Below the pieces are notes generated by a model. The model was not told where the DNA came from. It worked only from the letters and a program-made list of their open reading frames with translations, and ran no database searches. The position numbers and the translations under genes are program-made. Shown in pieces: positions 57,492 to 64,000 of a stretch of 64,000 nucleotides of DNA. This stretch comes from Eledone cirrhosa (lineage: Eukaryota), in the NCBI GenBank assembly GCA_964016885.1, contig OZ024740.1:171430001-171494000 (forward strand). The letters run 5' to 3'. The first letter of the stretch is position 1. The number at the start of each line of letters is the position of its first letter.

Positions 57492-57721
57492 TACTTGGCT
57501 GCTTTAACTGTAAATGGCGAAATTGTGATGTTGCTGTTATTGGACACATATCGGACTACACACGACATGTTTTCTTTCATGCATTCCACACAAAGATTAA
57601 ATGTATTGGTAGTATGTTAGTGAAAAACCTTGAATTACATGCATGCACACTAGATGGCCAGAGCTGTAACTTAATTCCAGATTTACCTGAACGCTTGCAA
57701 TGTGGCTGGACTCATTGTGGG
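57492..57721 (+). CDS. HINFP: HINFP coding exon 2
   Basis: ttctag acceptor, GTATGA donor, phase 1-0. FNCKWRNC...RHVFFHAFHTKIK...CTLDGQSCNLIPDLPERLQCGWTHCG. Confidence 0.93.
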
Positions 57722-58494
57722 GTATGATTTCATTATTGTTAATTTTTTTAACTGTATACCATGAAAATATGTTATGAAAAATGAATAGAATGATAGCTGT
57801 TTTCATTTTCAAATAGTTTTGTCAAGAAAACAGAATATATAAGTGATGTATATATTGGTAACAAAAGATAAATAACTGAATGAGTGGTGGTGAGGTGGAA
57901 AGGTTTGGAGTAAGCATTTTTAAAAAAATGTAAAATTTAGGCAAGTGAGACTGCTAAGTAAAGCTATATTTTGGGCATGTGTAGTAGGTGTATATTAATG
58001 TTATGGTAAAAGGGTGTGGCTAAATGGTTAAAAAATATTAGAATAAGACTTAGCCATCATCATCATCATGATTTAATATAACTATCATCATTTGATGATG
58101 ATGGTTATAGTCTGATATATGGATACTATTTTTCCATTTGAATGTGTGAATGTGTTTGTTGTAGCATAGTTTAATAAGGTGTAGACATGGAACCTATGTG
58201 TGCAAGTGTGAGACAAATTATTAATGGTAACATTGCATTGATACACTATATAATTATCTAAGAATTTATGATCTAAAAGGCGATTACTAGGGGTAGTACA
58301 GTTGCTCCATCCACTAATCTTGACTCCTTTTGTAAATATAGTTTAGAGAGGGACAGTTACCTACACACTGACACAAATATAGATACACAATATGAAAATT
58401 GATTATTATTTTCACTACAGGGGTAAATAGTGACTCTAGAACATAAGTGATTTTATATTATTATTAATAAAAATATTTTTTCTCTATTTTATAG

Positions 58495-58600
58495 ACTGTA
58501 TATGACAATCCAGAATTCTTTTATCAACACGTAGATTTTCATGCTGATAGCTTTCCAAATGGGAACAATTTAAAAGGAGGCTGTGATTGCCAGTGGGAAG
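58495..58600 (+). CDS. HINFP: HINFP coding exon 3
   Basis: ttatag acceptor, G|GTAATA donor, phase 0-1. TVYDNPEFFYQHVDFHADSFPNGNNLKGGCDCQWE (cf. HINFP FDNPEWFYRHV). Confidence 0.92.
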
Positions 58601-58973
58601 GTAATATTGATTTGTTTGCTCTTATTAACCCTTCTATGTCTAGTGATAATATTAGTTTTATATTTAGATCAGAGCTTTATTAAAAGTGACAAGTTGAACA
58701 TTATTTTTATATACATTGTTGAAAACAGCTGTGGATTTTTAATTGGACGCAGGTTACAAATATATTAGGGATAAAAATATGTGAGTAATGTACATGTCTT
58801 TCTCGAGGATTTTAGCAATATGAACGAACTGAAACGGATTCATCTGGGAATTGAAAGCAGCGTAGGTTTGCTGGTAGCTTGTCTCTTGCTCTATAGTACT
58901 AGTCACAGTCAGCTTTGTTAAAAACATACTGTTAGTTATTAAAACTAACAGTATGTTTTTAAAATGGAAGAAG

Positions 58974-59426
58974 CTATGTAGCCGGTCCCAGTAAAATAGA
59001 CTCCCAGGCTATTTAGCCGGTAAGAATGTCAGACACCACGAGTTGCAATCTGAGTTAAGACAATTTGAAATCTTTTTCACCTTCAAATGTTAAAAAACAA
59101 GTTAAAATCATTTAGTCATCATCTTATGATTCTGCTTGTGTTTCATCCATTCATAATGTACGTTACGCTTTAGTTACATACACACACATCTACTGAGTTC
59201 CATGGCTTAAGAATTTTAGCAGAGTCAAATATTTTAGAAATTAAGAATTTTTGCTGAAAGTCACAACCTGGGTTAAAGATAGTAGTCACTACCTGGGTTC
59301 TAAAACTATTATTTAGCAGTAAAATAAGCTTCTGGGACCCCGGCTAGAGTTGTGTCCCTTTAGGGTTTACCTGTAAAATAAGCTTAAAAAACATGTTTGT
59401 CTATTTTGCCGGGACCAACTACGTAG
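58974..59426. mobile_element. MITE with ~28-bp imperfect TIRs
   Basis: CTATGTAGCCGGTCCCAGTAAAATAGAC ... GTCTATTTTGCCGGGACCAACTACGTAG. Confidence 0.7.
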
Positions 59427-59923
59427 TCTATTCTTTTTAAAATAACCTTCACTTATCCTTTTAACATACGTTGACTCTGATACTGTATTGCCTCTTTAAC
59501 CAGTTATTTAATCTTCCATCATAATTCATGTAAGAATCTTTTAAAGTTATGTTCCAAACACCAACTTAATGAGAAAGTTAAATATATTATTAAATCCCTC
59601 CAAATCTAGATAGTTTTCAAAATTCTTTGAAAATCCTAGGCAATGTTTTTCATTAAAAATATGGTTATGAAAGGGAGTTATTGAACACTTTGTAGTTTGT
59701 GAAAGATTTGCTGGTTAACCCATGAGCATTTACATTACTTTATATATACTATTGTATTTTCACAGTAAAGGCTTTTCCTCGCATAATTATCTCACATAAT
59801 ATCAAATTTACGAGATACTGATTTTATTTATTTTTAGAATATACTTTAACATAAGCATGAGCAGTTGGTTATGTTCGGTTTGTACAGAAAGAGCTGAGAT
59901 AATTCTGGCCGGATACTAATGGG

Positions 59924-60243
59924 TTAAGTCAGAAAACAGTACAGTTCCCATGACTTTCGGAAACATTTTTTCATGCTCAGAGTTGCTGAAGCATGGAACA
60001 AACTACCTGCATCGGTTGTTAGCTGTCGAGACACTGCATCCTTTAAGGCCTCCATGCTTCCCAAGATTCGCCAGCACTAAACCTAATGTTCCCCCTCCAT
60101 ACACATACACATGTATATCATGACTCATTCACTATTCACTTCCCTGACATTTGTGTATTATTCTATGTACTATACATGCACCTTTGACGAGTTGTAGTGC
60201 ACCTGAGCACTTTACACAATAATTTCATTATTATTTCATTATT
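59924..60243 (+). mobile_element. CR1 LINE 3' end (same family as 20856-21552)
   Basis: Reverse complement of 20860-21175; ATT-rich tail. Confidence 0.88.
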
Positions 60244-60731
60244 AAATTAGTGGATTGGCAGTATCGGTAGAGGGTCGGTCGCCATGCTTTCCAGCATAGT
60301 TACGTCCCTTTACGATCTGAGTTCAAATCCCACCGAGGTTGACTTTGCCTTTCATCCTTACGGGGTCGATAAAACAAAGTACCAGTAATGCACTGGGTAA
60401 TTGTTGGCCTTGTGCCTAAAGTAGAAACAATTATTAAATTAGTGTAAAATATAGTAATTTTTTTATTTATTTATTATAGTTTATAAGAAGCATTAGGAAA
60501 TATGTAGTTAGGATTGTTTTGGGAATGCCAGTACAATGTAAGTTAAAAAGAAAGAAGTGAAAACAAGAGTAAAGTAAGATGAACTAAAACAACACAATAG
60601 ATTATACTTTTATCTTATATTTCATAATATTTCGGGGTTACCATCCCTTTTTCAAAATAAAAACCCTAAGTATAATGGTGATGGCAAGCTGAGCTCTTTG
60701 GTTTATGAAAATGTTTTTTTGTTTTTTATAG

Positions 60732-60878
60732 GGTGTGATGCTAATGTAAAAAGCAAGCATAAGTTACGGGAACACCTACGAAGTCACACACAGCAAAAGT
60801 TGGTGGCTTGTCCAAATTGTGGTGGACTGTTTGCAAGCCGAACAAAGTTCTTTGACCACCTTGAAAGACAAAAGGATG
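60732..60878 (+). CDS. HINFP: HINFP coding exon 4
   Basis: ttatag acceptor, G|GTGAGT donor, 147 nt. [49 protein letters not shown] (cf. [29 protein letters not shown]). Confidence 0.96.
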
Positions 60879-61049
60879 GTGAGTAGGTGTTTACTCAGTT
60901 TTCTAATAACTGTTGTATGCTGGTTCTGATGACACAATCACTGCATATTAACAATTTTCTGTCTAAGCCACCAGCATCTTGCCATTGATGTCCTTCACTC
61001 TATTATCACATGTCATCTATATTTGGTTGACATATTTCACTCAAATCCA

Positions 61050-61213
61050 GCTTTCACTCTACTATCACATGCCTTCACTCCACTGTCCACTCATGTTCTC
61101 ACTCCACTATTCATTCATGCCTTCATTCCACAGTCCACTCATGCCATCACTCCATTGCCCACTCATACCTTCACTCCAGTGCCTACTCATGCCTTCACTC
61201 TACTGCCCTCACA
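61050..61213. repeat. 24-bp minisatellite (ATGCCTTCACTCCACTGYCCACTC); resumes at 63246-63278
   Basis: About six units from 61069; it produces the MPSLHCPL pseudo-ORF. Confidence 0.85.
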
Positions 61214-63245
61214 TACTCACAGGTCTCAAATAATCGTCCTCCGCCCTCTCCTGCTTATTAATTTTTTCAGGTCCCCCCAGCTTATTAAATTTTGCTAATC
61301 TATCTCCAGCGAAATTTTATTTTAAGTGGTAGCATTCCTGCAACAATTCATTTTCTTTATACATTCATCATCATCATCATCACCGTTTTACGTCCGTTCT
61401 TCCACGCTAGCATGGGTTAGACTGTTGTCCTATTGTGGGCAGTGTCCGGTCGGCTGACCAAGCCTTGCTCATACAGGAACTGATTCTGGCTTGATTTCTA
61501 CAGCTGGATGCCCTTCCTAACACCAACCTCATTTACAGTGAGTGCTGGGTCTTTTTTCCCGTGGCGCCTACACGTTCACTTTACAGTGTGGGCTGGGTGC
61601 TTTTTTGCCGTGGCACCTCCCACGACCACTTTGCAGTGGGAGGGTGTGGGGGCATATTGTCTATATGCTTAAGCTTCGGCTTGTACCTATGGGGGGTCGG
61701 GTCTTCTGTATTACTGCGTGACGCCAGAGGTCACGGTCGTGTGCCATCGTCTTTGAGAGGTGTAATTGGGTAAGGTTGGCTTTTATCACCTCATTCCAGG
61801 TCTTCTTAGGTCTCCCCACTCCACGGTTTCCATCGACTTCTAGTGCTATGCACCTTTTTATGCAGCTGTCATCCTTCATACACATCACATGTCCATACCA
61901 ACGCAACCGCCTCTCCTGCACGCAGCATTTGATTCCTCTTATGCTCAGTCTCTCTCTCAATTCATTTATGCTTTGCCGTTAGCGTATATTACTATTACAC
62001 ATCCATTGGAGCATGCAGGCTTCGTTTCTTTCTAATTTACGCAAGTCTTCCACAGACAGCGCCAAGGTCTCACTATCTTGTAACATTGCAGTTAGCAGTG
62101 GCAGTAGCTCCCTGAACTTCTTCCATCCCGTTTTTACTCTAGTTATTGTACTTTCTGAACACCCACCTCCGCTGCTAATTCGGTCGCCTAGGTGGCAGAA
62201 GCTGTCTACTGTTTCTACAGAGCCCTCCCAGAGTTTGGTGGTACTTGTTTCCTGTGGCTGTTTGCTGCTTGCTGTCCCAGCACAGCTGCTACATGTGAAG
62301 CCTACATTCTTAGTTAAGCTTCCTGAGATCCCGCTACATCTCTTGTGTACCCATTGTTTGCATTTGGGGCAGAGAATGGAGTTCCTACTTACACCTTTCC
62401 TACATACTGAGCAAGGCCATTTCGCTGAGGGGATCTGGGTTCTGTTTTCTCGTCTACTTACAAGGACCTTAGTCTTTGTCATGTTGACCCTGAGACCCCT
62501 TCTCTCTAGTCCCTGCTTCCAAGTTTGGAATTTCTTCTCTAGTTTACCATAAATTCAGCTATAAGTGCGAGGAGTTCCCATGGGCATCTGGTCTTAAACT
62601 CCTCCGTTATTGCCTGCAGAACTATGATGAACAGGAGAGGGCTAAGAACAGAGCCCTGATGGACACCGACCTGTATGCTAAATTCCTCGCTATAGTTATT
62701 GCTAATCCTAACTTTGTTGACTGCTCCCCTATACATGGCTTGTACAGCTTTCACAAGCCATTCATCTACTCCTAGTTTTCTAAGAGCCCACCAGATTATA
62801 GCACGGGGAACTCTGTCAAAGGCTTTCTCAAGATCGACGAATGCCAGGTAGAGCGGCTTACTTTTAGCTAGGTACTTTTCCTGTAACTGCCTCACAAGGA
62901 AGAGAGCATCAGTGGTGCCTCTTCCCGGCACAAACCCAAATTGCATCTCATCTAGTTTCACCCGGTCCCTAATCAACTGTGCTATAACTCTTTCTGTTAC
63001 TTTCATGACCATCAGCTTTATACCTCTATAGTTTCCATTAAAAAAACATTATACATGACAAAAAAAGTACATTACTAGAAATCCCATACATTATAAAATA
63101 AATAGGATGTGTTGGGGTCTCAATATGTAAACTAAACGACTAATTTTAGTTTTAAAAAAAATCAATGGAGACAACCTAAAAAAATTACCGATTTTCCAAC
63201 CCACCTGCTTATTCCATCCCATCTATTATTTGGGACCTGAAAGTA
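61214..63245. mobile_element. TA-flanked TIR element (Tc1/mariner-like, non-autonomous) interrupted by an RTE
   Basis: TACTCACAGGTCTCAAATAA ... TTATTTGGGACCTGAAAGTA inverted ends; subterminal CCTGCTTATT repeats at both ends. Confidence 0.75.
61365..63035 (-). mobile_element. 5'-truncated RTE LINE, same family as 4018-6185
   Basis: ORFs 62539-63012, 61979-62482 and 61661-61960 are near-identical to the first copy; (GAT)n tail at 61365; YADD motif deleted. Confidence 0.93.
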
Positions 63246-63338
63246 CCTTCTCTCCACTGACCACTCCTACTTCACTCCAAGCTATAAATTATATAATTAT
63301 GATTCATTTCTGAAAATTTTTTCTGCTGTCTTTTTCAG

Positions 63339-63416
63339 TTCAGTGTTACCAGTGTTCATATTGTAACAAGAAATTCCAAACTGAAAGATTAATGCGAGAT
63401 CATGTTCGAATTCATG
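63339..63416 (+). CDS. HINFP: HINFP coding exon 5
   Basis: tttcag acceptor, G|GTAAGA donor, 78 nt. VQCYQCSYCNKKFQTERLMRDHVRIH C2H2 finger. Confidence 0.94.
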
Positions 63417-63963
63417 GTAAGAGGATTCAACATTTAAAATTTTGTTTTCTTATCCTTTGAAATGATAATAATGGTTTCTACTTTAGGCACAAGGCCAGCA
63501 ATTTGAAGGGAGGGGAAAGTCGATTAAATCGACCCCAGTGCATTACTGGTACTTTATTTTGTCGACCCTGTAAAGATAAAAGGCAAAGCTAACCTCGGCT
63601 GGATTTGAATTCAGAACGTAAAGGGCAGTAACTCTGTGCTGAAAAGTATGGTGTCCGATGCTCTACTGATACTGCCAATCCAGAAATGATAATAATTGTT
63701 TCTACTTTTGGCATAAGGCCAGTAACTTTTGGGGAGGGTAAAAGTCAATAAAATCGACTAGAGTAGCTTACTGGTACTACATGTTATTGATACTGAAAGA
63801 ATGAAAGGCAATGTTGACCTTATAGGGATTTGAACTCAGATAAAGAGCTGAATCAAATGCTGTTTAATAGTGTAATGATCTGCCAATACACCATTCATTA
63901 AAATTGCTAACTCTGCATATCTTATGAAGGGTAATCATACTATATGTTTTCTTTTTTGTCTAG

Positions 63964-64000
63964 TGAACTCATACAAGTGCCCATTATGTGATATGACATG
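63964..64000 (+). CDS. HINFP: HINFP coding exon 6 (runs off the window)
   Basis: tgtctag acceptor; VNSYKCPLCDMT(C), cf. HINFP VNHYKCPLCDMTC. Confidence 0.92.

Noticed and set aside
60979-61298. Repetitive ORFs (MPSLHCPL / HAFTPLST)
   Set aside because: Translation of a 24-bp intronic minisatellite.

Overview
AT-rich animal genomic DNA, not prokaryotic. The repeat families suggest an octopus or other coleoid cephalopod, which is an inference. Two intron-rich + strand genes can be rebuilt from GT-AG boundaries and phase continuity. The first is the 3' part of a DYRK1A/minibrain kinase: exons 3239-3525, 7743-7889, 9313-9453, 12273-12555 and a terminal coding exon 27149-27348. The second is the 5' coding part of the C2H2 zinc-finger histone H4 transcription factor HINFP/MIZF, with six exons from 56079 to the window end. 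The rest is mostly transposon debris: RTE, CR1, CRE-like RLE and probably I-group LINEs, a decayed Ty3/gypsy element, tRNA-derived SINEs, hAT/piggyBac/Tc1-like non-autonomous elements, mini- and microsatellites and a 2.4-kb TA/TG tract. The most interesting signals are at the RNA level in DYRK1: an 18-nt candidate microexon missed by the ORF track whose inclusion restores a conserved NSGxARSD motif, a stop-containing cassette exon, a tandem 3' splice site, inverted SINEs bracketing two kinase exons, a 112-nt intronic hairpin and a 31-bp-period CCAATCAG array. I cannot show a wholly new biological system from sequence alone; these are testable hypotheses.
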